This document shows positions 41,041 to 50,112 of a DNA stretch of 64,000 nucleotides, one piece after another. The notes below the pieces were generated by a model. That model saw only the letters and a list, made by a program, of their open reading frames with translations. It ran no database searches and was not told the DNA's origin. Position numbers and translations under genes: made by a program. The first letter of the stretch is position 1; each line of letters starts with the position of its first letter. This DNA is from Promethearchaeota archaeon. Its GTDB lineage: Archaea; Asgardarchaeota; Lokiarchaeia; Sigyniarchaeales; SOKP01. The stretch covers positions 480,001 to 544,000 of the forward strand of contig JAEOUA010000006.1 in assembly GCA_016839555.1 (NCBI GenBank). Direction: 5' to 3'.

Positions 41041-43527
41041 TTAAAACTTTTCTCTCAATATATCACTAATAATTTGTGGGAATTCATCCCATTTTTTTAT
41101 TGTGAGAAGCTGTCCGCCTGCAATTTTTACCATCTTTTTAGCATCTTCTAAATTAAAGGAGCTCTCTGGACAAACTAAGATAAAATCTACTCCAATAGAC
41201 CGAAATATTCTTAGCTCATTCATAGCATTTTCAAGATCATAAATTTCGGCATCGGTAAATAAAATATTTAATTTTTCCCGAGAACCAGACTTTTCTTTAA
41301 ACTGTCTTCTTGACCATTCTAACGCTTTCTGTAGCTTTGTTCCACCTTTTGCGGTAATTGTTAATAATTCTTCAGCTATCTCTTCCAAATCTGCCTTTTT
41401 ATCCATCTCTTTTAATATATGTGTATCTGATTCAAAAAAACAAACTGCTAATTCGTCTTTTTTTAGGGAGTATACAAGCATAGTTGTGCAGATTGCCATA
41501 TAAGCTAGCTTTTCTCCCGTCATACTTCCCGAGATATCCAACTCAATACATGCACTTCTTAATCCTTTAGCGGTCTCATAAACATAAAAGTCATCATAAT
41601 CAATGTGCGACAATTCCTTTCCTTTTTCAAGAATATTATAAATTGTTTCCTCAAGATCAATATTCTCAATGTCATCTCCAATTATATAAGGTCTAACCAC
41701 ATTAATTGGTATAGGCCCTGTGGTAGCCGTTCCTAGCCTAGCTCGAGAATAATAAATTCCAAGTTCAATGAGCATCTTTTTTGCTAACTCTTTAACCTTT
41801 TGTTTTGCGCCTTGAGGAATATTTTTTCTATGAATAAACCATTGCTTTAACATATTTTCTCCACTTCCCGCAGAAAGACATGATATAACTTTATTAACTC
41901 CTTCCTCTCCAGCCATCTCTTGAGCACCCCTCAGCGCCTGTTCAAGATTGAAATGCCCTAAAGCGCCCAATGCTTCTCTATTATCCGATGCTAATCCCGA
42001 ATTAAGAAGTTCCCTTAGTCGATCATTGTTTAATTCGTTTTTTAACCGATTGATTAAATTTTGCAATCTTTCAAAATCTCCTTGATTCTTCTCTACTAAT
42101 TTTTTCAATAACTGATAATTTGGTTCGATTAATTCGAATATTTCATCTTCATGCATTCCCAGAGCTTTTCCTTGTTCCTTAATAATGTCTGGATTTGGTT
42201 TTAAGCCGATTTTTCGGAGGAATTCAACCGCATCTCTTAATTCAGAAGGATTTTTAGCTGATTCTAAGGTTTTTTTTAAGATATCAGGCAAGGCTTGTGA
42301 AATTTTTTGACTGCAGTGATTGTTCTGGCAAGAATTTTTTAGTTGCTCTAATTGATGTGAGAGTGATTTAAAACCCTCTACTTGTCGTTTTTGATTTAAT
42401 ATGTCTTCTACCGCATTTTCTAGGGCTTTTTTGAAAAGGCTATTCCATGCCTTATTTGCCATAGCGTTTTTAGTTAAAGTTTCTAACGACAAATTCATTT
42501 GGGATTGATCTTTCATTTTATTAAATTTGTTTAGCAGATCCTTTCTTAAATTAGTCCCATAATATTGATCTAGTGCGTTCGCTAAATTAAAATTTCGTTC
42601 GAAAGAAGAACTGTTAATGGAATTATTTAAAACTTGTTCTTTATTAAAGTTAGGTGTTTCTCCTAAATTTTTTGCTGCATTAAACAATTGTTCAAGATTT
42701 TTAATTTGATTTTGAAGATTTCTTTTCATTGCTTGAAATTGTTCATGATTAATTGCATCAGTGTTTTTTAAGAATTTCATAGATTGGATTAAATCTTCAA
42801 AATTACCTTTTTGCATTAAATCATTTAATTCTTTGGAAATATCTTCGTTATTCAATGCTTTACTAGCTAATTTTTCCCAAATTCTTTTAGAATTTTCTTC
42901 AACTAAATCGTTTAAATTCAGGTTAGAGGCCGCTTTTAAATCTTTAGGATCGAGTGAGTTTATTTTATCCATAAATCGTTTTTTAGCTTCTTCTATTAGC
43001 TCTTCGAATGAAGATATTTCTTCTTTATATAATTCTGAATCGTCATTGAAAAACTCTAAAGCCGATTTATAAGGTTCTTGATTCCTTTTTTTATTTAATT
43101 CTTCAATAAATTGCTCTAACTCTTGAATTTTTTCATTATCTACGGACATTTCAATTTCTTCAATTACATCCTGAATTTCATCTAACTCAGATTGTTCTTG
43201 TGGAGTTAGAAAATCATCTTCATTCTCATATTCTGCTTTTTCATCCCCAAAAAATTCAGAGACGATATCTTTTTTATAATTTGGAAATAAGATTTGAAAT
43301 GCAACATCCTTTGCTAATTCTTGGTTATCAGGAAATGAGGTCACTTTACTAATTTCAATGAAATCATTTGGATTAACTGAGCCATTACGATAATAGCGAG
43401 ATAGAATTAACCGAGGAATCGAAAGAACTTGTCTAGAAGAGGGCATTTGAACTATATCAGGATGTCTCCTCATTCGATTTATAAACTCCACAGCGAACTC
43501 GCATGGGTTCTCGGGGAAAACTGCGAT
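41041..43527 (-). CDS. Large vWA-domain protein (CoxE/YehP-like); probable ATC start at 43527 (track start is GTG 43491)
   Basis: MIDAS DISGSM, GGT, LFTD at the C-terminus; GGAGGGTGA SD lies 7 nt before an in-frame ATC. Confidence 0.85.
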   Translation of the reverse strand: MAVFPENPCEFAVEFINRMRRHPDIVQMPSSRQVLSIPRLILSRYYRNGSVNPNDFIEISKVTSFPDNQELAKDVAFQILFPNYKKDIVSEFFGDEKAEYENEDDFLTPQEQSELDEIQDVIEEIEMSVDNEKIQELEQFIEELNKKRNQEPYKSALEFFNDDSELYKEEISSFEELIEEAKKRFMDKINSLDPKDLKAASNLNLNDLVEENSKRIWEKLASKALNNEDISKELNDLMQKGNFEDLIQSMKFLKNTDAINHEQFQAMKRNLQNQIKNLEQLFNAAKNLGETPNFNKEQVLNNSINSSSFERNFNLANALDQYYGTNLRKDLLNKFNKMKDQSQMNLSLETLTKNAMANKAWNSLFKKALENAVEDILNQKRQVEGFKSLSHQLEQLKNSCQNNHCSQKISQALPDILKKTLESAKNPSELRDAVEFLRKIGLKPNPDIIKEQGKALGMHEDEIFELIEPNYQLLKKLVEKNQGDFERLQNLINRLKNELNNDRLRELLNSGLASDNREALGALGHFNLEQALRGAQEMAGEEGVNKVISCLSAGSGENMLKQWFIHRKNIPQGAKQKVKELAKKMLIELGIYYSRARLGTATTGPIPINVVRPYIIGDDIENIDLEETIYNILEKGKELSHIDYDDFYVYETAKGLRSACIELDISGSMTGEKLAYMAICTTMLVYSLKKDELAVCFFESDTHILKEMDKKADLEEIAEELLTITAKGGTKLQKALEWSRRQFKEKSGSREKLNILFTDAEIYDLENAMNELRIFRSIGVDFILVCPESSFNLEDAKKMVKIAGGQLLTIKKWDEFPQIISDILREKF

Positions 43528-43534
43528 TAGAAAG

Positions 43535-44473
43535 TCACCCTCCTAAAGTTTTATTTATAATTCCTTCGATAATGTTTTCTACTTTCACTCCTGGTTTCGG
43601 TTTAATACTGCCTAAAAGAACATGCTTAGAAATATCAGCTAAATAATTATATATGGAATCTTCATCTTTTAAAATCCCCTTTTCTTCAAGATATCGTCTC
43701 CGTCCCAATAATTTTGCGATAGCAATTCCTGCACGGATTGAAGCGGGAACTTCAATATCTATCTTATTCTTCCTAGTTTCATCAATAATAGAATAAATTA
43801 TTTCCAATTCTGATTCTTCAACCATAAATTGCTCGGGAAGATTTATTCTAATTATATCTAATTCGGTCGCTTTTTCAGGATATGTTAGTTTTATCCAGAC
43901 TTTTATTCTATCTTTTAATGCTTCTGATAATCTATGGGTTCCCGATAATTCTTCAGGATTCATTGCGCAAATAAAAAAAAAGTCTTTATCCGCTTTAATT
44001 CGGCCAAGATGAGGTATACCTATCGAAGCTTCTTCTAATGGTTCTAATAAAGTGTTTTGAGAATATTCGGTAGCACGATTTATTTCATTAGCTAAAAAGG
44101 TTCCTCCCTCAAGCATGGCACTTAATAAAGGTCCTGGGTTAAATGCCTCTAAAGTAAAGCCTTGCTTCAACGTAATTGCAGGGTCGAAACTTCCCACAAA
44201 GTGCGAGGGCTTAATGGACTCATCCATCGTTAACCAGTAAAAGCTTCTCCTCTTATTTTCTTTTGCTCTTAAGCTGGCAAAATAGCGGCAAAGAATAGTT
44301 TTTCCAACACCAGGAGGTCCCACTAACGCAGGAAATAATCCTGTCGCTTCAGCATCTCTTAATAATTCAAGAGCTTTGCCATACTGCCCTGATAAGACGA
44401 TATCAATCTTTTCTTGAGCTATATCTTTTATTAAATTCTTCGTAAAAAGCTGTTCAAATCTATCTTTATCCAT
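43535..44473 (-). CDS. MoxR-like AAA+ ATPase (AAA_5, CoxD/YehL-like)
   Basis: GPPGVGKT, GPLLSAM, ANEINRA (Walker B D to N), MNP, LSEALKDR. Confidence 0.88.
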   Translation of the reverse strand: MDKDRFEQLFTKNLIKDIAQEKIDIVLSGQYGKALELLRDAEATGLFPALVGPPGVGKTILCRYFASLRAKENKRRSFYWLTMDESIKPSHFVGSFDPAITLKQGFTLEAFNPGPLLSAMLEGGTFLANEINRATEYSQNTLLEPLEEASIGIPHLGRIKADKDFFFICAMNPEELSGTHRLSEALKDRIKVWIKLTYPEKATELDIIRINLPEQFMVEESELEIIYSIIDETRKNKIDIEVPASIRAGIAIAKLLGRRRYLEEKGILKDEDSIYNYLADISKHVLLGSIKPKPGVKVENIIEGIINKTLGG

Positions 44474-44569
44474 ATTTAAAAACTTAATTTTTTATATTAA
44501 TACGATACTTCACTAGGTATTAATTAATTAAATAAATTAATTAATTTTCTCTATTATATTAAATAAAAA

Positions 44570-45412
44570 ATGATTCAACCTTATTTTGAAGATAATAACT
44601 TCATTTTATTTCATGGAAATTCAATCGAACTCTTAAATCAATGGCAAAACGAAAAATTTGATTTAATTTTTGCTGATCCCCCCTATTTCCTTTCGAATGA
44701 TGGGATTACTTGCTCCTCTGGAAAAATGGTTTCGGTGAACAAGGGAGAATGGGATAGATCTCAAGGTTTTGAACAAGATATATCATTTAGTGAGCAATGG
44801 CTTAGAGCATGTAGAAAAGTTTTAAAAAAAAATGGAACGATATGGATTTCAGGTACTTTACATATAATTTATAAAATAGGATATTTATTAGAAAAACTTG
44901 ATTATGATATTATTAATGATATAGTCTGGTTCAAACCCAATGCCCCACCTAATCTTTCTTGTAGATACTTTACTCATAGCCATGAAATTATCTTGTGGGC
45001 GCGAAAATCAGAAGATTCAGATCATTCGTTTAATTATGATGCAATGAAATATTGGAATAATTCAAAGGATAGATTAAAAAACCCAGATAAACAGATGAGA
45101 AGCGTATGGTCCATTCCTCTTCTCTCAAAATCTGAAAAAAAATATGGAAAACATCCTACTCAGAAACCTATAGAACTTTTAAACAGAATTATAACGGCTT
45201 CATCAAATGAAGGTGATATCGTATTGGATCCATTTATTGGTTCGGGAACAACCGGAATTGTATGTAGTGTGTTGAATCGTAAATTTATTGGAATTGATAT
45301 TAATAAGGATTATCTTGATTTGACTATAAAAAGATATAATGATAATACAAAAAAGAGCTTATTTTATTTTCCTGAAAAGGATGAAGATAACAAGATTACA
45401 AAATATTTTTAA
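44570..45412 (+). CDS. Beta-class N6-adenine DNA methyltransferase, DpnB/M2.DpnII-like, orphan
   Basis: ADPPYFLSN..., PNLSCRYFTHS, KQMRSVW, HPTQKP, DPFIGSGTTG. Confidence 0.9.
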   Translation: MIQPYFEDNNFILFHGNSIELLNQWQNEKFDLIFADPPYFLSNDGITCSSGKMVSVNKGEWDRSQGFEQDISFSEQWLRACRKVLKKNGTIWISGTLHIIYKIGYLLEKLDYDIINDIVWFKPNAPPNLSCRYFTHSHEIILWARKSEDSDHSFNYDAMKYWNNSKDRLKNPDKQMRSVWSIPLLSKSEKKYGKHPTQKPIELLNRIITASSNEGDIVLDPFIGSGTTGIVCSVLNRKFIGIDINKDYLDLTIKRYNDNTKKSLFYFPEKDEDNKITKYF

Positions 45413-45611
45413 TTAGTAAAAACATATATTCCCCTTAAATGCCAATCCTATTAAATTATATATTAAAAAAATAGAAAATTAAGAATTTAATAGTTATTTA
45501 CATTAAAATTTTTGAATTTATCGTAATAAAGCATTTATTACTTTTTTAGATAAAAGAATAAATTATTTTTAGTTAAATAGATTAAATATTATATATCTTG
45601 TATCTCAAAAC

Positions 45612-45713
45612 GGGCCTGTAGATCAGCGGAAGATCTTTTCTTTGCGTATGGCAATTTAATCTTAAGCTTGATTCGCATTCGAGAGGTCACGGGTTCAATT
45701 CCCGTCAGGTCCA
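45612..45713 (+). tRNA. tRNA-Ala(CGC) with 30-nt intron at position 25/26 (45636-45665)
   Basis: Acceptor GGGCCTG/CAGGTCC with G3:U70, D stem GATC/GATC, anticodon stem CTTGA/TCGAG with loop TT-CGC-AT, T arm ACGGG-TTCAATT-CCCGT, discriminator A; BHB helix AAGA/TCTT with bulges TC|T and AA|G; CCA not encoded. Confidence 0.93.
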
Positions 45714-45783
45714 CTAAATTAAAAAAAAAGAAATAAAAATTCATATAGCCTAAAAATTTCAAAAAAACGCAAAAAGATATAAT

Positions 45784-48384
45784 ATGGGGCAAAAAACGCC
45801 TTTCCCAAAACGATTTAACCATAAAAAAATTCAAGAAAAATGGATTAAATATTGGAAGGAAAATAACATTTTTAAATTCGATTTAAATAAAAACGGAAAA
45901 ATATTTTCAATCGATACCCCACCTCCGTTTGTATCAGGCACTTTACATTTAGGACATGTCTTAAATCATTCTTGGATAGATTTTGTTGCACGATATCATA
46001 ATATGAGAGGTGATAACGTATATTTTCCTCAAGGATTTGATTGTCATGGGCTGCCTGTAGAATTAGCTGTTGAAAAAAACTATGGTATCTCAAAAGATGA
46101 TCGTGAGAAATTTTTAGAGAAATGTGTAGAATGGGTAGAAGATAATATCAAAAATATGAGAGAACAATTTGATGACCTAGCATATTCAACAGATTGGGAT
46201 TATACCTATCGCACAATGGACGATAATTACAAATATAAAGTCCAAAAATCTTTACTATTTTTCTATAAAAAAGGATGGCTTTATAGGGAAAAATTTCCAA
46301 CTCATTTCTGCGTAAATTGTGAAACCTCCGTGGCAAAAGCCGAAGTAGGATATACTGAAGAGGAAGGGAAACTTTGGTATATTAAACTACCAATCGAAGG
46401 ACACGAAGGGGAAACAGTGACTATCGCAACAACTCGTCCTGAAATGATGGAAAGTTGCGTTGGCATTTTTGTTCATCCAAAAGATGATAGATATTATCAT
46501 CTTTCTGCCGCAGAAGTGAGATTACCAATTGCAGATCGAGTAGTGAGGATTAGAGCAGATAAAGATGTTGATATGAATTTCGGAACAGGAGTTGTCTACT
46601 GCTGTACATATGGTGATGAATTAGATATCAAGTGGAAATTAAATTACGACCTTGATGAAATTCAGCTGTTTACTAAAAATGGTAAGATGAATAAAAACTC
46701 AAAATATAAAGGATTAACTATCGAAGAAGCTCGTGAAAAAATAGTAGATGATTTAAAAAAAATGGGACTTCTAGAAAAAATTGAACCTTATGAACATAAT
46801 ATAATCATTCATTCAGAGCGTTCTTCTTGTCGACAACCAATAGAATACTTACCTGTTTATCAGTGGTTTATCAATATTAAAGACTTTACTGACGAAATTA
46901 TAAAAGCAGGTGAGTCTATGGAATGGTATCCTGAAAAACATAAACAAAGACTTATAGATTGGGCAGAGGGACTAGATTGGAATTGGGTTATATCTCGCCA
47001 AAGAGTTTTTGGTACTCCGATACCTTTCTGGTATTGTGAAGATTGTGGAGAAATTATCCCCCCAAATGAAGATGATTTACCGCTCGATCCCATACAAGAA
47101 CTACCTACAGTTAAAATATGTCCTAATTGTAAAAGCAGTAAAATAAGTCCTGAAAGGGATGTGTGCGATTGTTGGATTGACTCAAGTATAACTCCTTTAG
47201 CAATTTCTAAATGGTTGGAAGATGAGGACTTTTTTGAAAAAACATACATAAATGCGCGAGTTCATCGTCCTCAAGGATATGAAATAATACGCACTTGGTT
47301 GTTTTATACTTTATTCCGATGCAAAAAACTTACTGGAAAAGCACCTTTTGATGAAGTCATGATAAATGGCATGGTAGCGGGGCCTGATTCAAGAAAAATG
47401 TCTAAGAGTTTTGGAAATATCGTTTCCCCCGATGAGGTTATGCCCGAATTTGGGGCGGATGCCATCAGACAATGGGCTGCTATGGGTTCCTTAGGCGATG
47501 ATTATCCATTTGAATATACATGGATAAACATACATAATAAGCAACCTGTTCCTGTAGAAAAGATCCAAAATGAAAGAGCAAAATTACCTGAAGAGAAATT
47601 TAATAAAAAATATCAGAGAAGATATGAGCAATTAATTGCCGCATCAAGATTTCTTACTAAGGTTTGGAACGCATATAGATTTATATATATTAATTTAGAT
47701 AAAATTGAACTATCTAATATTGATGTTGATATAAATACCCTCACGAATATAGAGAATTATTTCTTTTCAGAGTATAATAAAAATTTAAAAAAAATTACTT
47801 ATTATTTTGATAATTATAATTGGCATGAAGCCTTCATGGTTTTGCGAACCTTTTTCTGGAATGAACTATGTGATAATTATATTGAAGCAATTAAATATCG
47901 TTTTTATTCTGAGAATGAAAATTCTGGAAGCCTCGCATTAAAAAATGCATTAAATCTTTTCTTTCAAATACTTAAAATTTTTTCAATAATCATCCCTTAT
48001 ATTTCTGAAGAAATACATTTTATAATTTTTAAAAGATTTACTGGGTTAAATTCAGTTTATAAAATAAAATACCCGAAACCCTATAGAGATCTAAATGATG
48101 AGAAGATTAAAGAGGGCGAATTAGGGATTAAATTAATCAAAAAGATTAGAAAAACTAAATCAGAATTGCAAATTCCTTTAAATCAAGAATTGGAAAAAGT
48201 AATTTTATTAACTAATAACAATCAACTTAATTTACTAAACAATCTCAAGGAAGATATTATGAATACCTTACGAATAAACGATTTACAAATAATAGAAAAC
48301 TCAAAAAAAGATATTATTACTGGAAGACCAGATTTTGAGGAAAATTTTGAGGATATTGGAATATCATTATTAGTTTTTAAATAA
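45784..48384 (+). CDS. valS: Valine--tRNA ligase (archaeal type)
   Basis: IDTPPP.VSG.LHLGH, GFDCHGLP, ATTRPE, WVISRQRVFG, IIRTW, KMSKS. Confidence 0.96.
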   Translation: MGQKTPFPKRFNHKKIQEKWIKYWKENNIFKFDLNKNGKIFSIDTPPPFVSGTLHLGHVLNHSWIDFVARYHNMRGDNVYFPQGFDCHGLPVELAVEKNYGISKDDREKFLEKCVEWVEDNIKNMREQFDDLAYSTDWDYTYRTMDDNYKYKVQKSLLFFYKKGWLYREKFPTHFCVNCETSVAKAEVGYTEEEGKLWYIKLPIEGHEGETVTIATTRPEMMESCVGIFVHPKDDRYYHLSAAEVRLPIADRVVRIRADKDVDMNFGTGVVYCCTYGDELDIKWKLNYDLDEIQLFTKNGKMNKNSKYKGLTIEEAREKIVDDLKKMGLLEKIEPYEHNIIIHSERSSCRQPIEYLPVYQWFINIKDFTDEIIKAGESMEWYPEKHKQRLIDWAEGLDWNWVISRQRVFGTPIPFWYCEDCGEIIPPNEDDLPLDPIQELPTVKICPNCKSSKISPERDVCDCWIDSSITPLAISKWLEDEDFFEKTYINARVHRPQGYEIIRTWLFYTLFRCKKLTGKAPFDEVMINGMVAGPDSRKMSKSFGNIVSPDEVMPEFGADAIRQWAAMGSLGDDYPFEYTWINIHNKQPVPVEKIQNERAKLPEEKFNKKYQRRYEQLIAASRFLTKVWNAYRFIYINLDKIELSNIDVDINTLTNIENYFFSEYNKNLKKITYYFDNYNWHEAFMVLRTFFWNELCDNYIEAIKYRFYSENENSGSLALKNALNLFFQILKIFSIIIPYISEEIHFIIFKRFTGLNSVYKIKYPKPYRDLNDEKIKEGELGIKLIKKIRKTKSELQIPLNQELEKVILLTNNNQLNLLNNLKEDIMNTLRINDLQIIENSKKDIITGRPDFEENFEDIGISLLVFK

Positions 48385-48388
48385 AATG

Positions 48389-49066
48389 TTATTCCTCTGG
48401 TTGAATTCCCAATTGAGTGATCATTGCTTTTTTCATTTCTTCTATATTTCTAGGGAGCCCAAACATTTCGGCATATTTCTCTGTTGTTGTTAATTCAGAA
48501 GTTCTACCTTTTTTATTAGCATCAATAAGTCCATTTTCTTTAAGATATTTCACATGCTCATAAGCACCGCTTCCTCTTATTTTTATCAATTTTGATTTCA
48601 AAATTGGTTGTTTTAAAGCGATAATTGTTAGGGTTCTCAAATATTTTTCTGCGATCGCGCCTCCTTGAGCAAACGGATATAATTTTTCGGAATATTCTGG
48701 TTTAATCTGCATTTGATATTTTAATCCTATTTTTATAATCGCAAGAGAAGTCAATCTTTTTTCATAAATATCAATTAATTCATTTAATAATTCTTCTACT
48801 TTTTCTTTTGGAAGTTCTAGTTTCATGGAAATTTCTTCTACGGTGAGAGATTTATCTGATGCATAGAGGGCACCTTCTATTAAATTTCTATTGTAATACA
48901 TTAATTCAGAATCAGACATTTTGGTTTCATCCTCATCTCCCTCACCTTCAAATATACTTTTTTCATTAATAACTATTAAATCTTTTTTATCTTCAGTCTT
49001 CTCTTGAGTGGACTTTAAATCATTATTATCTTTTTCTATCATCTTATAGATTTTTTTTAAATTCAA
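48389..49066 (-). CDS. scpB: Segregation and condensation protein B (kite)
   Basis: IEGALY, LRTLTIIALKQPI, IRG, TTEKYAEMFGL. Confidence 0.92.
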   Translation of the reverse strand: MNLKKIYKMIEKDNNDLKSTQEKTEDKKDLIVINEKSIFEGEGDEDETKMSDSELMYYNRNLIEGALYASDKSLTVEEISMKLELPKEKVEELLNELIDIYEKRLTSLAIIKIGLKYQMQIKPEYSEKLYPFAQGGAIAEKYLRTLTIIALKQPILKSKLIKIRGSGAYEHVKYLKENGLIDANKKGRTSELTTTEKYAEMFGLPRNIEEMKKAMITQLGIQPEE

Positions 49067-49093
49067 AATTTATGTAAAAAGAAAAATCAAAAT

Positions 49094-50089
49094 TTATATT
49101 TCGATTTCTATATCCTTAAATTCTTCATCTTGTATTAATGATATCCTTTTATTATTACTAAGAAACATTAAAGCTAAGAACATTCTCACTAATTCATATT
49201 TTCTACCCAAAATATTCTCTTCATCTTCACTAATTAATTTTATTAATTCAAAGAAACTAGTTTTTACTTTTCCTTCAAGATTAATATTTGCTTTGATTTT
49301 ATTATACCAGCTTTCATGTAATTCCTCAATAGACATTTCTCTTCCACTAATATGTTTGAGTAATTCTTTCGGAAGTGTTGCCTCAGATTTTTGCTGCTTT
49401 TTTTTATTTAATTCTTGCTCTCGCTTAAGACGCCTTCTTTTTAATTTTTCTTTTTTCTGCATAGTTTCTATGATCCCCGCCCTCATGGCTTCAAATAATT
49501 CCTCTTGACTAGAAGTTTTTAATTTAGGTCTAATGGGTTGCGTAAGTGTTTTTGGAATTCTTCGCTGGGTTGTTCTCCTTAATTTTTCAATCATTTCTTG
49601 CTTCTGTATTTCTTCCTCTTCCTTAATAACACTTTTTATTTTATAACGATGTAGTGAAGCGGAGTTTTTTAAGGCAATACCTGAAACTTTATAATTTATA
49701 AAATCCTCTGAAAGCATTTTACTAAAGAATTTGTCTACTAAACTTGAAAGATCGTAGAATGCAACATCTGATTCTTTTGCTAATTCAAAATTTAAAAGAA
49801 CACTAAATGGGGGTTTTTGCCAGAACTTTAATCCTATTTCTTTTTTCTTATATAGAGGCTCTTGTTCATCCGTTTCAAAGCCAACTATTAGCTCTTCATC
49901 CAGATTTTCTTGTTTTGTCCGATCCACAAATTCCGGATGAGAAACAACTTTAGTTAATAATTTAATAATATCTTCTTTTTTTAATCCAGATGGGATCGAA
50001 ATATTATTAATTGAAGCAAATTCCCTTAAATCTTTTACCGTCCTGCCAGTAAAATTATATTCTTGATTTATTTCTTTTTTTTTCGTCAT
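49094..50089 (-). CDS. scpA: Kleisin ScpA with extra N-terminal HeH/Rho-N-like domain
   Basis: DLSSLVDKF...SGIAL...ASLHRYK N-terminal kleisin region; VRMFLALMFL...LIQDEEFKDI C-terminal WH; lies between smc and scpB. Confidence 0.85.
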   Translation of the reverse strand: MTKKKEINQEYNFTGRTVKDLREFASINNISIPSGLKKEDIIKLLTKVVSHPEFVDRTKQENLDEELIVGFETDEQEPLYKKKEIGLKFWQKPPFSVLLNFELAKESDVAFYDLSSLVDKFFSKMLSEDFINYKVSGIALKNSASLHRYKIKSVIKEEEEIQKQEMIEKLRRTTQRRIPKTLTQPIRPKLKTSSQEELFEAMRAGIIETMQKKEKLKRRRLKREQELNKKKQQKSEATLPKELLKHISGREMSIEELHESWYNKIKANINLEGKVKTSFFELIKLISEDEENILGRKYELVRMFLALMFLSNNKRISLIQDEEFKDIEIEI

Positions 50090-50112
50090 AATTCTTTGAT
50101 TTTAAAAATTTA

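Noticed and set aside
45636-45650. tRNA-Ala(TGC) reading with a canonical 37/38 intron
   Set aside because: The T-rich stretch before TGC cannot form an anticodon stem with TCGAG, whereas CTTGA/TCGAG around CGC pairs fully and fits the BHB
44570-45720. Methyltransferase beside a tRNA as an integrated element or RM system
   Set aside because: No integrase, att duplication or endonuclease seen, and the MTase lies 5' of the tRNA
45589-45834. 81-aa minus-strand ORF
   Set aside because: Antisense to the tRNA gene and the valS start; shadow ORF
47512-47625. ~35-aa insertion in ValRS after GDDYPF as a second intron
   Set aside because: In frame, no stop, no evident BHB pairing; reads as an ordinary helical protein insertion
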